A stretch of DNA of 64,000 nt from a virus (IMGVR_UViG_2928424016_000001:20398-84397); one strand, 5' to 3'; positions 35,623-45,602 are shown, numbered from the stretch's first letter. The notes: a model not told the origin generated them from the sequence alone. Numbers and translations are program-made.

Positions 35623-36129
35623 ATGAACAACTGGCCGAAACAGTCCGCCGTCGCCGATTTCTACGGCAGCAATCTCAAAATCACCAAGGGTGTCGCCGGG
35701 CCTGATCCGGCCTGGGAGAAGGCAAACCTCGTGCTGGTGCCGATCCCGTGGAAGGCTGTTGCCGCTTGGGACGCCTCTCTGCCCATCAAATCCTTCCGCG
35801 TTCATGCCAAGTGCGCCGATAGCCTCGGCCGCGTCCTCGGCAATATCTGGGACGCGTTTTGGCGGAACCAGAAGAACATCGAGGGCGCTGGCATCCATCT
35901 GATCGGCGGCGGCTATAACTGGCGGCAGATGCGCGGCAAGGCTGCCCTTTCCATGCACGCCTATGGCTGCGCCGTGGATCTCGATCCGGCCAACAACGGT
36001 CTCGGCGATCCGACGCCCGACATGGATGAGCGTGTCGTGGATGCGTTTGAAGACGAAGGCTGGATCTGGGGCGGCCGCTGGTCGCCGCAGCGCCGCGACG
36101 GCATGCATTTCCAGGCGGCAATCGTATGA
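35623..36129 (+). CDS. endolysin, M15-family peptidase
   Basis: GG.YNWR.MRG...SMHAYG.AVDLDP...W.WGG.W...D.MHFQ. Confidence 0.92.
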   Translation: MNNWPKQSAVADFYGSNLKITKGVAGPDPAWEKANLVLVPIPWKAVAAWDASLPIKSFRVHAKCADSLGRVLGNIWDAFWRNQKNIEGAGIHLIGGGYNWRQMRGKAALSMHAYGCAVDLDPANNGLGDPTPDMDERVVDAFEDEGWIWGGRWSPQRRDGMHFQAAIV

Positions 36130-36302
36130 AGATCAGCATCAGACGGAAGGTGGCTATGACGGCGGTGCTGGCCAGTATCTATCTGGCCGTCTGCACCGGC
36201 GCATCGTGGATTGCCGGTCACGCCCTGCTGAATGCCGTTGTCGCCGCTCTCCTGGCCGTTCCCTTTGCGTGGCTGATCCGTGAGACTTGGAGCGACGACT
36301 GA
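36126..36302 (+). CDS. 58-aa two-TM holin/antiholin-like protein missed by ORF track
   Basis: MKISIRRKVAMTAVLASIYLAVCTGASWIAGHALLNAVVAALLAVPFAWLIRETWSDD; coupled on both sides. Confidence 0.6.
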   Translation: MKISIRRKVAMTAVLASIYLAVCTGASWIAGHALLNAVVAALLAVPFAWLIRETWSDD

Positions 36303-36574
36303 TGGAGCGGCCGTCCTACACCACCTCGAAACAATGGCTCTGGTGCTCCGGCGCTCTCGCCTGGGCGGTGATCCTGGCGCTGACGCTGTCGGCCTGCCTC
36401 GGCTCGGATCAGGCGGTCGCCTTCGGCACCATCGCCGTGCCGAGCATGGTTGGCCTGATCGTGGCGCTGCTCGGCGTCCACCGCGCCTTCGGTTCTCTGG
36501 ACATGCGGGCGATGACGCGCGGCCCGAAGCCCGATCCGCCTTGTTTTGATCCTCCCGCCGGAGGTCAGTCATGA
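36302..36574 (+). CDS. holin-like two-TM protein
   Basis: two hydrophobic helices; lysis cassette position. Confidence 0.65.
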   Translation: MERPSYTTSKQWLWCSGALAWAVILALTLSACLGSDQAVAFGTIAVPSMVGLIVALLGVHRAFGSLDMRAMTRGPKPDPPCFDPPAGGQS

Positions 36575-36924
36575 ACCGTTATCTCGTGATCGGCCTCGGC
36601 GCTCTTGCGATTACCGCCGCTATCGTCTGGGGCGGGGTTGCTGCGGTCAGCAAGGTCGAGAGCCTGGTAGATAAAGCCGCAGCCTCGGCTCGCAGCGAGC
36701 GCGACAATTACTGGCGCGCCGAGATCGAGAAATCGAACGCGGCTGCCCAGGCAAAGATTGCCGAAACCCTCAAGCAAACCATGGCCGCACAGGATGCGGC
36801 CCGCGATCAGATCGAGGCCGCCAACCAGCGTGCCGATGCATTGGAGAAACAGAATGTGTCTTTGCCGGATGATGGCACTGGTGGCATTAGCCGCGCTCGC
36901 GTCCGGCTGCTCAATCAGCGCTGA
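36571..36924 (+). CDS. i-spanin (Rz-like)
   Basis: N-terminal TM followed by Ala-rich coiled coil. Confidence 0.75.
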   Translation: MNRYLVIGLGALAITAAIVWGGVAAVSKVESLVDKAAASARSERDNYWRAEIEKSNAAAQAKIAETLKQTMAAQDAARDQIEAANQRADALEKQNVSLPDDGTGGISRARVRLLNQR

Positions 36925-37129
36925 CACCCCGCCCGTCGTCAAGACAGTCTATGTCGAGCGCGAGGTCCCGGAGGCATCCAAGGTGCCCTGCGCCGCCCCT
37001 GTTTCGCTGCCGGATCGGCGGCTGAGTGAGCCGGAAAGCGCGACCTATTGGGGGCAAGATCGGACGGCGCTGCGCACCTGCGAGGCCCGTCGCGCCGCTG
37101 CCGTCTCGGGGGGCGCCAATGTTCAGTAA
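36869..37129 (+). CDS. o-spanin lipoprotein (Rz1-like)
   Basis: overlaps Rz 3' end; lipobox LASGC; Pro-rich; C...RR end. Confidence 0.75.
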   Translation: MMALVALAALASGCSISADTPPVVKTVYVEREVPEASKVPCAAPVSLPDRRLSEPESATYWGQDRTALRTCEARRAAAVSGGANVQ

Positions 37130-37337
37130 TGCCCATTTTGAATTGGCCGAGGAACGGGTGGAGCAAGAGCGAGAGGCGCAGGTCGCGGCAGCCCGGGCGG
37201 ATCTCCGGAGGGATGGCGCAGACGAGTGCGTCGATTGCGGGCAGCAGATCCCGCTGGCGCGCAGGCGCGCCTATCCGGCTGCTTCGCGCTGCATCAACTG
37301 TCAGACCGAGATCGAGCGGGAGGTGTATTGCCGATGA
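37119..37337 (+). CDS. TraR/DksA C4 zinc-finger protein
   Basis: CVDCG..IP.ARR.A.P...RC..CQ. Confidence 0.9.
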   Translation: MFSNAHFELAEERVEQEREAQVAAARADLRRDGADECVDCGQQIPLARRRAYPAASRCINCQTEIEREVYCR

Positions 37338-37669
37338 TCCTCGATTTGACAGCTATTGCGAGCTTTATTGCCGTTGCACTTTCCGGTCTCAATCTGCTGG
37401 CCTTGATCCGCAACATGTTGTCGTCCGGCGAGCGAAAACTGGATGAGAGGATCACCAAGGTTGAGGGCACCCTGATTGAACATGACCGCCGTGTTCAGGC
37501 TGTTGAGGGGGAGCTGAAGCACATGCCCGACAAGGAGACAGTCCAGAAACTCCAGCTGGATATGGCAGAGATGAAGGCTCAACTGACTGCCATGGTGAAG
37601 GCGACGGAAGCGACGGAACGGGCGACGCGCCGGGTCGAGGATTTTTTGCTGAAGCGTGGGGCTGACTAA
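37334..37669 (+). CDS. DUF2730-like membrane-anchored coiled-coil protein
   Basis: N-terminal TM; VEGELKHMP motif. Confidence 0.75.
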   Translation: MILDLTAIASFIAVALSGLNLLALIRNMLSSGERKLDERITKVEGTLIEHDRRVQAVEGELKHMPDKETVQKLQLDMAEMKAQLTAMVKATEATERATRRVEDFLLKRGAD

Positions 37670-37968
37670 TGAGTGATTTCAACGAGTTTTTGACGGAGGA
37701 TGCGCGCCTGGTCGTTCTCAAGGCCTTGGCGCAGGAGAGCAACGCGACCCTGAATGAAACGATCTTGACCCGCATACTGGAGATGTTCGGGCATAATCGG
37801 TCGCGTGAGTGGGTGCGGACCCAGCTTTCAAAGTTGTCAGAGCTTGGGGCCGTGCGCACGACGCAGGCCGGGAGCGTGGTCATCGCATCGCTAACCCAGG
37901 CTGGTCTCGATCACGTGGAGCGCCGGTCGTTCATCTCTGGCATCGCCAAGCCGTCGCTGGGGGGCTGA
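37669..37968 (+). CDS. Mu gp26-like winged-helix protein
   Basis: ED.RL..L..L, V.T.L.WL-like region, G.DHV.R......G.AKP. Confidence 0.75.
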   Translation: MSDFNEFLTEDARLVVLKALAQESNATLNETILTRILEMFGHNRSREWVRTQLSKLSELGAVRTTQAGSVVIASLTQAGLDHVERRSFISGIAKPSLGG

Positions 37969-37971
37969 CGT

Positions 37972-38541
37972 ATGGCCGGCCGAGGACGTCTTTCCAATCT
38001 CGACCAGTTGCCCGAGGAGGCGCAGGACGATCTGATCTGGGCGATCAGTGAGCTAAACCAGCGCCGGCGCTCCCAGGCTGATATCCTGTTCGAGTTCAAC
38101 GATCGGCTTGAAGCCAAAGGCATCGAGCCTGTTTCCAGGTCGGCGTTCAATCGCCGCGCTACGCGTCTGGCAAGGCGAACCATGCAACTGGAAGAGCGCC
38201 GGTTTATCTATGCCGGGGTTGCCGAGCGTCTGACCCCCGACGAAGTCGGCAAGACCGATCTCGTGCTTGGTGAGTTCCTGAAAACCCTGATCGACGATCT
38301 CCTGGACAAAGAAGAGATGGGGACCAAGAACGCCATGGAACTGGCGAAGGCCTATAAGGAGACGCTGGTCGCGCAACGCCATTCAATTGAGTTGCGCCGG
38401 AAGGCCGAAGAGCAGGCGAAAGCCAAGCTTATCAAGGCCGTCGATCAGGTCGCTGGGGCTGTCCAATCTGGTGAAAAGCCGGACGGCCAGGAAGTCTTGC
38501 GCAAGATCCGCGAAGACATCTACGGGATCTTTGAAAAATGA
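37972..38541 (+). CDS. terminase small subunit (DUF3486/Mu gp27-like)
   Basis: GR.S....LP..., SRSAFNR motif. Confidence 0.8.
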   Translation: MAGRGRLSNLDQLPEEAQDDLIWAISELNQRRRSQADILFEFNDRLEAKGIEPVSRSAFNRRATRLARRTMQLEERRFIYAGVAERLTPDEVGKTDLVLGEFLKTLIDDLLDKEEMGTKNAMELAKAYKETLVAQRHSIELRRKAEEQAKAKLIKAVDQVAGAVQSGEKPDGQEVLRKIREDIYGIFEK

Positions 38542-39899
38542 AGTCCCCAGCCGTTCCTCTTTATGGCTACCAGCAGCGCTGGCTGCTCGATCGCTCACGC
38601 TTCAAGCTCGGCATGTTCGCCCGCCAGACCGGTAAGACCTTTACGACCACGCTGGAGACGGTTGACACCTGCTTTGAAGCCGCCGTGTCCGGAAAGCGTG
38701 AGCGTTGGGTGATCCTGTCGCGCGGGGAGCGTCAGGCGCGCGAAGCGATGAACGAGGGGATCAAGGTCCATTGCAAGGCCTATGATCTCGCTTTTCAGGA
38801 GGCGGAGTTCGATTGGGAAGGCGAGAGCGGCACCCACAAGGCGCTGGAAGTGACGCTGCCGCATGGCTCGAAGATCACTGCGCTGCCGGCCAATCCCGAT
38901 ACGGCGCGCGGCTTTTCCGCCAATGTGTTTCTGGACGAGTTCGCCTTTCATAAGGACAGCCAGCAGATCTGGCGGGCGCTCTTTCCCGTCATCTCCAAGG
39001 GCTGGAGCATTCGCGTTACCTCGACCCCGAACGGCAAGAGCAACAAGTTCTACGAGCTTGCGACCGGACCGGAGAGCGATCCCTGGAGCCGTCATATTGT
39101 CGATATCTATCAGGCCGTCCGCGACGGGCTGCCGCGTGACATCGAAGAATTGCGCGCGGGTCTGGCGGACGAGGATAGCTGGGCGCAGGAATTCGAACTG
39201 AAATGGCTCGATGAGGCAAGTGCCTGGCTCTCCTATGAGCTGATTTCCTCCTGCGAGGACGAGAAGGCCGGTGATCCGGAGGGCTATCAGGGCAATGTCT
39301 GCTTTGTCGGGCGCGATATCGGCCGGCGCGAAGACCTGCATGTCATCTGGGTTTGGGAGCAGATCGGTGACGTCCTTTGGGAGCGGGAGCGCATCGAGCA
39401 GAAGCGCGCCACCTTTGCCGAGATGGACGAGGCCTTCGACGATGTGATGCGGCGCTACCGGGTCGGCCGGGCCTGTATCGACCAGACCGGCATGGGCGAG
39501 AAGGTGACCGAAGACGCGCAGCGCCGCTATGGCAGCCGCATCGAAGGCGTGCTGTTTACCGCGCCCAACAAGCTCGTCATGGCGACACGCGGCAAGGAGC
39601 GGTTCGAGGATCGTACCGTGCGTATCCGCCAGGGCGACCAGAAGCTTCGGGCCGATCTGCACAAGCTGCGCAAGGTGGCGTCTGCCACAGGTGCGCCGCG
39701 CTTTGTCGCCGAGCGCGATGACGACCATGCCGACCGCACCTGGGCGGCCTTCCTCGGCATCCACGCCGCCGATGGGCTGGTTGGCGAATATGCCTATCAG
39801 CCGGCCCCAGCGCCGAAACCCCGATTTTCCGAAAGCCAGACCGAGGATGAACAGCCCTACCGGATGGCGTCGATGCGCAACAAACGCGGAGGCTATTGA
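38538..39899 (+). CDS. terminase large subunit
   Basis: ARQTGKT Walker A, VFLDEFAFH, STPNG, GRDIGR, DDDHADR.WA. Confidence 0.93.
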   Translation: MKSPAVPLYGYQQRWLLDRSRFKLGMFARQTGKTFTTTLETVDTCFEAAVSGKRERWVILSRGERQAREAMNEGIKVHCKAYDLAFQEAEFDWEGESGTHKALEVTLPHGSKITALPANPDTARGFSANVFLDEFAFHKDSQQIWRALFPVISKGWSIRVTSTPNGKSNKFYELATGPESDPWSRHIVDIYQAVRDGLPRDIEELRAGLADEDSWAQEFELKWLDEASAWLSYELISSCEDEKAGDPEGYQGNVCFVGRDIGRREDLHVIWVWEQIGDVLWERERIEQKRATFAEMDEAFDDVMRRYRVGRACIDQTGMGEKVTEDAQRRYGSRIEGVLFTAPNKLVMATRGKERFEDRTVRIRQGDQKLRADLHKLRKVASATGAPRFVAERDDDHADRTWAAFLGIHAADGLVGEYAYQPAPAPKPRFSESQTEDEQPYRMASMRNKRGGY

Positions 39900-41455
39900 T
39901 GGCCCAGGTTCTCGACCAGTACGGCAACCCGATCCGCCCGACCCAGATGAAGCAGGAGCAGGCCGCACCGACCGTGATCGGCGTGCGCCGCCCGGTCGGC
40001 AATCATCAGGCTCCGGGTCTCACGCCGCCCAAGCTTGCCCGCATCCTGCGCGAATCGCTCGACGGCGATCCAGAGCGCTATCTGGAACTGGCCGAGGATA
40101 TGGAGGAGCGCAACGAACATTATGCCGGTGTTCTCGGTGTCCGCAAACGGCAGGTCTCGGGGCTGGAGATCACGGTGGAGGCGGCAAGCGATGCCGCCGA
40201 CGATGTCGCTGCTGCTGATCTCGTGCGCGATGTGATTGACCGCGACGACCTTGAGGATGAGCTGTTCGATATTCTCGATGCTGTCGGCAAAGGGTTTTCA
40301 GCAACTGAGATCATTTGGGACACGTCGGAGGGCCAGTGGACGGTCGACGCGCTGAAATGGCGTGATCCGCGCTGGTTCGTGTTCGACCGCAATGATGGCG
40401 AGACACTGCGCCTTCGCGGTCCAGCGGGTGACGAGGATCTATGGCCGGCCAAATGGATCGTCCATCGCTCCAAGATCAAGTCCGGCCTGACGATCCGGGG
40501 CGGGCTGGCGCGCTCTGCCGCCTGGGCCTATTTGTTCAAGACGTTCACTGCGTCTGACTGGGCGATCTTTTGCGAGGCCTACGGTCAGCCGCTTCGGATC
40601 GGGAAATACGGCGAGAACGCGTCTGAAGAGGACAAAGCTATCCTGCTTCGCGCCGTCTCTTCGGTGGCCTCAGACTTTGCCGCCACGATCCCTGAGGGCA
40701 TGCTGATCGAGTTCGTCCAGGCGTCAATCACTGGCAGCATCGACCTTTATGAGCGGCGCGCCGACTGGCTTGATCGCCAGATCTCCAAGCTTGTCTTGGG
40801 CCAGACCGGGACGACGGACGCGCAGGCGGGCGGCTATGCGGTCGGCAAGGTGCATGACGGTGTGCGCGAAGATATCGAGCGCGCCGATGCCCGTCAGCTT
40901 GCCGCCACGCTGAACCGCGATCTCATTATTCCGCTGGTCTCGCTCAACCTCGGGCCGCGCAAGAAATATCCGAAGATCCGTATCGGCCGTCCGGACGAGA
41001 CCGATATCAACAATCTGGTTTCGAACGTCGTCAAGTTGGTGCCGCTGGGCCTGAAGGTGGGCATGTCGACCATGCGCGACAAGCTCGGTCTACCCGATCC
41101 CGACAAGGATGAGGAATTACTCATGCCCCGCGCCGCAGCGCGCGCGCAGCCATCTGACCAGCAAGACCAGCCATTACCGACAGCCATAGCCGCGCAAAGC
41201 CAAGCTGCTGCGGCCAATCATGATGCGATTGATCTTGCATCTGCCAGGATCACGGACGACAACTGGCAGGAAATGACCCCGCCCGTAGTCGATGGCCTGG
41301 CCGAAGCGTTGAGTGGGGCAGCCTCGGTCGAGGAAGCGCAGGCCATCATGGCGCGCCACGTCAGCGCCATGGGCGTCAATGCCTTCGTGCAGCAGCTCGC
41401 CCGCGCGGCGTTTGCGGCGAGGATCTCCGGAGAAGCTGACGAGGCCCTTTCATGA
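39899..41455 (+). CDS. portal protein (DUF935/Mu gp29)
   Basis: LAEDMEER..H, W..FCE.YGQP.RIGKY, ISK.VLGQT.TT. Confidence 0.93.
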   Translation: MAQVLDQYGNPIRPTQMKQEQAAPTVIGVRRPVGNHQAPGLTPPKLARILRESLDGDPERYLELAEDMEERNEHYAGVLGVRKRQVSGLEITVEAASDAADDVAAADLVRDVIDRDDLEDELFDILDAVGKGFSATEIIWDTSEGQWTVDALKWRDPRWFVFDRNDGETLRLRGPAGDEDLWPAKWIVHRSKIKSGLTIRGGLARSAAWAYLFKTFTASDWAIFCEAYGQPLRIGKYGENASEEDKAILLRAVSSVASDFAATIPEGMLIEFVQASITGSIDLYERRADWLDRQISKLVLGQTGTTDAQAGGYAVGKVHDGVREDIERADARQLAATLNRDLIIPLVSLNLGPRKKYPKIRIGRPDETDINNLVSNVVKLVPLGLKVGMSTMRDKLGLPDPDKDEELLMPRAAARAQPSDQQDQPLPTAIAAQSQAAAANHDAIDLASARITDDNWQEMTPPVVDGLAEALSGAASVEEAQAIMARHVSAMGVNAFVQQLARAAFAARISGEADEALS

Positions 41456-42747
41456 CCGCGACGATCGCGGCACTCAAACCTGAAGACGCGATCAAGGCGC
41501 TGAAAGCACGCGGTGAAACGCTGGCTCCATCCTTCTCATGGCAAGATGTCTACGCAGAGGAACATGCCCAGCAGCTCACGGTCGCAAAATCTGCTGGCTT
41601 CGACATCCTCACGGATCTGTTCGACGGCCTTCAAACCAGCCTTGCAGAGGGAAAGACATTCCGGGACTTTGCCAGCCAGATCACGCCGATCCTGCAGGCC
41701 AAGGGCTGGTGGGGTGTACAGCAGGTCACTGATCCGCTGACCGGCGAGCGCCGTAAAGCGCAGCTCGGCTCGACCAGTCGCCTGCAACTGATCTTCAACG
41801 CCAATATGCGTGTGTCCTATGCGGCAGGGCATTGGGCAGCCTTTGAGCGTAATAAGGCCCGCCGGCCCTGGCTGCGTTATGTGTGCATTCTTGATGACCG
41901 GACCCGACCGGAGCATCGCAAGCGGCACAATCTCTGCCTTCCGGTCGATCATCCCTATTGGGACACCTGGGCACCGCCTTGCGGGTGGAATTGCCGCTGC
42001 ACCTTGCAGAGCCTGTCGGATCGGGACGTCGAACGCATGCGGGGCGAGCTGAAGTTTACGCCGCCCGATGATGACTTCGTCGCCTTCACCAACAAGCGCA
42101 CAGGTGAGATCCGGATGATCCCGCGCGGCATCGATCCAGGCTGGGATCATAATCCCGGCAAGGCGGGATACCGTGCCTTCGACGCGGCCGAGAAGCTGAT
42201 CGCCGCGCCGCCTGTCATGGCCGCCCAGGTCAACAAAGATCCGGACTGGCTGATCAAGCCACTGGGCGACGACTTTGCCCGTTGGTTCGATGCGGCGACG
42301 GCCGGCGGGCGCGTCGATCGCTCGATCGTCGTCGTCGGTGCTTTGTCGGACGATGTCCTGTCGTCGCTTGCCAAAGGCGGGATCACGCCGCAGTCCGGTG
42401 CGATCACCCTGACGCAGCAGGTAGCGCTGCACATGGTGCGTGACGCAAAAGCGGGCGCTGGCAAGGCGGTTGATATGGCCGCTCTGCGGCAGTTGCCCTT
42501 CAATCTCAACCGGCCTCGGGCGGTGCTGCGCGACAGGCGCGATGGTGCGCTTCTTTATGTCTTCGATAGCGGCCAAGATCCGCGCCTGGCGAAGGTCGTG
42601 GTGAAAATCGATTTTGCTGACAAGGGCCGGCCACCTGGGGGAAAGGCGCAAACGATCGTCACCAATTCAATCCGGACGGCTGGTCTGGTCGAGACGCGCG
42701 TCCTGACCGACAAAAACACCTACGACCTGATGAGCGGAACGATTTAG
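41452..42747 (+). CDS. MuF/gpF head morphogenesis protein with C-terminal PBECR-like nuclease extension
   Basis: Y..ILD.RTRPEH, W....PPCGWNCRC, D.GW.HNPG, then ~130-aa extension. Confidence 0.9.
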   Translation: MTATIAALKPEDAIKALKARGETLAPSFSWQDVYAEEHAQQLTVAKSAGFDILTDLFDGLQTSLAEGKTFRDFASQITPILQAKGWWGVQQVTDPLTGERRKAQLGSTSRLQLIFNANMRVSYAAGHWAAFERNKARRPWLRYVCILDDRTRPEHRKRHNLCLPVDHPYWDTWAPPCGWNCRCTLQSLSDRDVERMRGELKFTPPDDDFVAFTNKRTGEIRMIPRGIDPGWDHNPGKAGYRAFDAAEKLIAAPPVMAAQVNKDPDWLIKPLGDDFARWFDAATAGGRVDRSIVVVGALSDDVLSSLAKGGITPQSGAITLTQQVALHMVRDAKAGAGKAVDMAALRQLPFNLNRPRAVLRDRRDGALLYVFDSGQDPRLAKVVVKIDFADKGRPPGGKAQTIVTNSIRTAGLVETRVLTDKNTYDLMSGTI

Positions 42748-42752
42748 GAGAT

Positions 42753-42850
42753 GTGGCCATCAAGGGGGTACGCCACTCTCCCCGTAACAGTAGCCTGCGT
42801 TGCAGGGCACCAAACCGGACGTGCGATTTCCCGGTTGTCATGATGGCCAC
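42753..42850 (+). ncRNA. candidate multibranch structured RNA downstream of MuF (copy B)
   Basis: perfect 10-bp closing stem GTGGCCATCA/TGATGGCCAC; shared GGGGGTACGCCAC, CCCCGTAACAG, AACCGGAC..GCGATTTCCCGGTTGTC. Confidence 0.6.
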
Positions 42851-42914
42851 AAAGTCAAAATACGCGTCACGGGCATGGAATTCAAGGAGGCCCGATTTAA
42901 GCGCCACAGACGCG

Positions 42915-42969
42915 CGTGGAGCGCTCTTTCGGGCGGTGGCGCGCGCCGAACCCGAAAGAGCGCTCCACG
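42915..42969. repeat. 19-bp perfect inverted repeat upstream of protease gene
   Basis: CGTGGAGCGCTCTTTCGGG / CCCGAAAGAGCGCTCCACG. Confidence 0.85.
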
Positions 42970-43059
42970 GGCTTCAAACCGGCTTCAAAATCGAAGCCTT
43001 GCCTCATCCCTCGATCATGATATGAGTTTCCTGTCCGCTTCGGATCAGGTCGCGCTCAT

Positions 43060-43082
43060 CCGGTCACCCTACCGGCTGTTTT
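43060..43082 (+). promoter_or_regulatory. B-type late promoter box (head operon)
   Basis: CCGGTCACCCTACCGGCTGTTTT. Confidence 0.75.
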
Positions 43083-43111
43083 CAAATTGAGCGCCGGGGC
43101 AATCTCGCCCC

Positions 43112-44173
43112 ATGACGAAACGCACCCAAACACTCTTTCCCGGCCTTGTCGCCGCTCACTCCATGATGCTGTCCGACACAGCGTTGCCGGCTGATGGCGC
43201 GTCGGGTCGCTGGATCATGTTGTTGCCGATCGGATCGTTTTCCGGCCGGGATGGTCGCGGTCCTTATTCGGTCGACGGCATGGACGGCATGCAGGCGGTG
43301 ATCGCCGCGACCGCGCAGCGCGCTGGCAGCGCCGACCTCGTGGTCGATTACGATCATCAGACGCAGTTTGCGGCCGTTCCGGGTGTCGGCGGGCAAGCGC
43401 CGGCAGCAGGCTGGATCAAGCAACTCCAAGCCCGTGCCGACGGTCTCTACGGCCTCGTCGAATGGACGGCAAAGGCTGCGCAGTCCATTCGCGCCGAGGA
43501 ATATCGCTACATCTCTCCGGTCTATCAGCACGATAAGAGCGGTCGGGTGCTGCGGCTGATTTCCGCCGGCCTTACCAACGTGCCCAATCTCGATCTTGCG
43601 GCCGTGGCCGCCAGTGCTCAACCCAACCAGGAACACGATATGAAAGCGATTGCTGCCGCCTTGGGGCTTTCCGAGGACGCGGATGAGAACGCTATTCTCA
43701 CCGCGATCAACAGTGTGCTGACCGGCAATGCGGCCATTGCCGCTGCCGCCGGCCTTCCCGCCTCCGCCAAGCCGACCGAAATTGTCACGGCGATCCAGTC
43801 GGCCCGCGGCGAGGTCGACCCGACGCGCTTCGTGCCGATTGAGCAGGTCACGGCTCTGCAAACTGGTTTGAAGACCCTTCAAGCCAAGATTGAAGGGGAA
43901 GAAGCCGAGACCGCAGTCAACCGGGCGATCACCGAAGGCAGACTTGCGCCGGCGCTCAAAAACTGGGGCCTGGACCTCCACAAGAAGGACCCGGCGGCCT
44001 TCAAGGCTTTCGCCGATGCCTCTCCGGTTCTGACTGCCACGCAGCGTGCCGGCGTCACGCCACCTGTCGCGGGCTCGGAAACGGAGCTGACGAGCGAGGA
44101 TCTGGCGGTGATGAGCCAAATGGGTCTCAGCAAGGAAGCCTTCCTCAAGGCCAAGAAAGGTGGTGATGCATGA
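43112..44173 (+). CDS. prohead protease I with embedded scaffold (internal start 43640)
   Basis: homologue of 697..1779. Confidence 0.9.
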   Translation: MTKRTQTLFPGLVAAHSMMLSDTALPADGASGRWIMLLPIGSFSGRDGRGPYSVDGMDGMQAVIAATAQRAGSADLVVDYDHQTQFAAVPGVGGQAPAAGWIKQLQARADGLYGLVEWTAKAAQSIRAEEYRYISPVYQHDKSGRVLRLISAGLTNVPNLDLAAVAASAQPNQEHDMKAIAAALGLSEDADENAILTAINSVLTGNAAIAAAAGLPASAKPTEIVTAIQSARGEVDPTRFVPIEQVTALQTGLKTLQAKIEGEEAETAVNRAITEGRLAPALKNWGLDLHKKDPAAFKAFADASPVLTATQRAGVTPPVAGSETELTSEDLAVMSQMGLSKEAFLKAKKGGDA

Positions 44174-44577
44174 CGGCGCTGACCGAAGATCGCAACACGC
44201 CCCAGCGTTCTGGCGATAACCGCAACTTTCCGGTCAAGGGGGCAACGACGCTCTTTGCCGGATCTATGGCGGCGATCGATACGACTGGCATGCTGGTGCC
44301 GGCCGGCGCCACCGCCACCTTGAAGATTGTCGGTCGCAACGAGCGCCGGGTCGTCAACGCCGGTGCAGACGGCAGTGTTCGTGCTGACGTCAAAACCGGG
44401 GTCTTCCGTTTTGGCAATTCGGCATCGACCGACGCCATCACCTTGGCCGATGTCGGATCGAGCTGCTATGCGGTCGACGATCAGACGGTCGCCAAAACCT
44501 CCAATTCTTCCGCGCGTCCCGTGGCCGGCACGATCTTCGATGTCGACGATGACGGCGTGTGGGTCAAATTCTCCTAA
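44170..44577 (+). CDS. capsid decoration/cement-like protein
   Basis: homologue of 1776..2183. Confidence 0.6.
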   Translation: MTALTEDRNTPQRSGDNRNFPVKGATTLFAGSMAAIDTTGMLVPAGATATLKIVGRNERRVVNAGADGSVRADVKTGVFRFGNSASTDAITLADVGSSCYAVDDQTVAKTSNSSARPVAGTIFDVDDDGVWVKFS

Positions 44578-44589
44578 ACGAGGCCGTCC

Positions 44590-45486
44590 ATGCTGATCAC
44601 GCGTCAATCTCTCCAGTCGGCTTTTGTCGGCTTCAATGCAGCTTTCCAGGCTGGTCTTGGAATGGCTACTCCGCAATGGGCGCGGATCGCGACCCTGATT
44701 ACCTCGACCACCAAGACGCAGGAATATGGCTGGCTCGGCCAGTTCCCCGGCATGCGCGAATGGATCGGCGACCGCGTGGTCAACGGTCTTGCCAGCCACG
44801 GTTATACGCTGACCAACAAGTCCTATGAGACGACGATCGGCGTCGACCGCGACGATTTCGAAGACGACAATCTCGGCATTTATGGGCCGATGTTCCAGCA
44901 GCTTGGCCAGAACGCAGCGCTCTTTCCCGACCAGCTTGTCTGGGGGCTCCTGAAGAACGGCTTTGCCACGAAGTGCTATGACGGCCAGTATTTCTTCGAC
45001 ACCGATCATCCGGTGCTCGATGCCAAGGGCAACGTCAATTCGGTGGCCAATACCGATGGCGGCAATGGCACGGCCTGGTTCCTGATCGACGATACCCGCG
45101 CCTTGAAGCCGCTGATCTACCAGAGCCGCAAGCCCTTCACGAACCTGATCCGTAAAGACCAGGAGAGCGACGACAACGTCTTCTTCAAGAAGGAATATGT
45201 CTACGGTCTCGATGGCCGCTGCCAGGTCGGCTTCGGCTTTTGGCAACAGGCCTGGGGCTCGAAGCAGACGCTGGATGCCACCAGCTACGAGGCGGCCCGC
45301 GTCGGCCTCGGCAGCCTGAAGGCCGATTACGGCAATCCGCTCGCCATCAATCCGCGCCTGCTGATAGTGCCGCCGTCACTGGAAGGCGCGGCCCGCAAGA
45401 TCGTCGGCAACCAGCTGACCGACAATGGCGGCACCAACCAGTGGTACGGCACGGCCGAGGTGCTGGTCTGCCCTTGGTTGGCGTGA
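44590..45486 (+). CDS. major capsid protein (gpT family)
   Basis: nearly identical to 2194..3090. Confidence 0.95.
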   Translation: MLITRQSLQSAFVGFNAAFQAGLGMATPQWARIATLITSTTKTQEYGWLGQFPGMREWIGDRVVNGLASHGYTLTNKSYETTIGVDRDDFEDDNLGIYGPMFQQLGQNAALFPDQLVWGLLKNGFATKCYDGQYFFDTDHPVLDAKGNVNSVANTDGGNGTAWFLIDDTRALKPLIYQSRKPFTNLIRKDQESDDNVFFKKEYVYGLDGRCQVGFGFWQQAWGSKQTLDATSYEAARVGLGSLKADYGNPLAINPRLLIVPPSLEGAARKIVGNQLTDNGGTNQWYGTAEVLVCPWLA

Positions 45487-45510
45487 TCAGGCTCGTTTGA
45501 TCTCAACCAT

Positions 45511-45602
45511 CGCCTCCCAAGGCAAGGAGCCGTCAGCTTTGGCTGGCGGTTCCTGATGCAAGAGCCGGCTTCGACGGCTTTTCCACCAGGAACCGAAAAG
45601 GA
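45511..45602 (+). ncRNA. conserved structured element downstream of capsid gene (copy B)
   Basis: same stems as 3107..3197; tetraloop UUUG. Confidence 0.6.
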
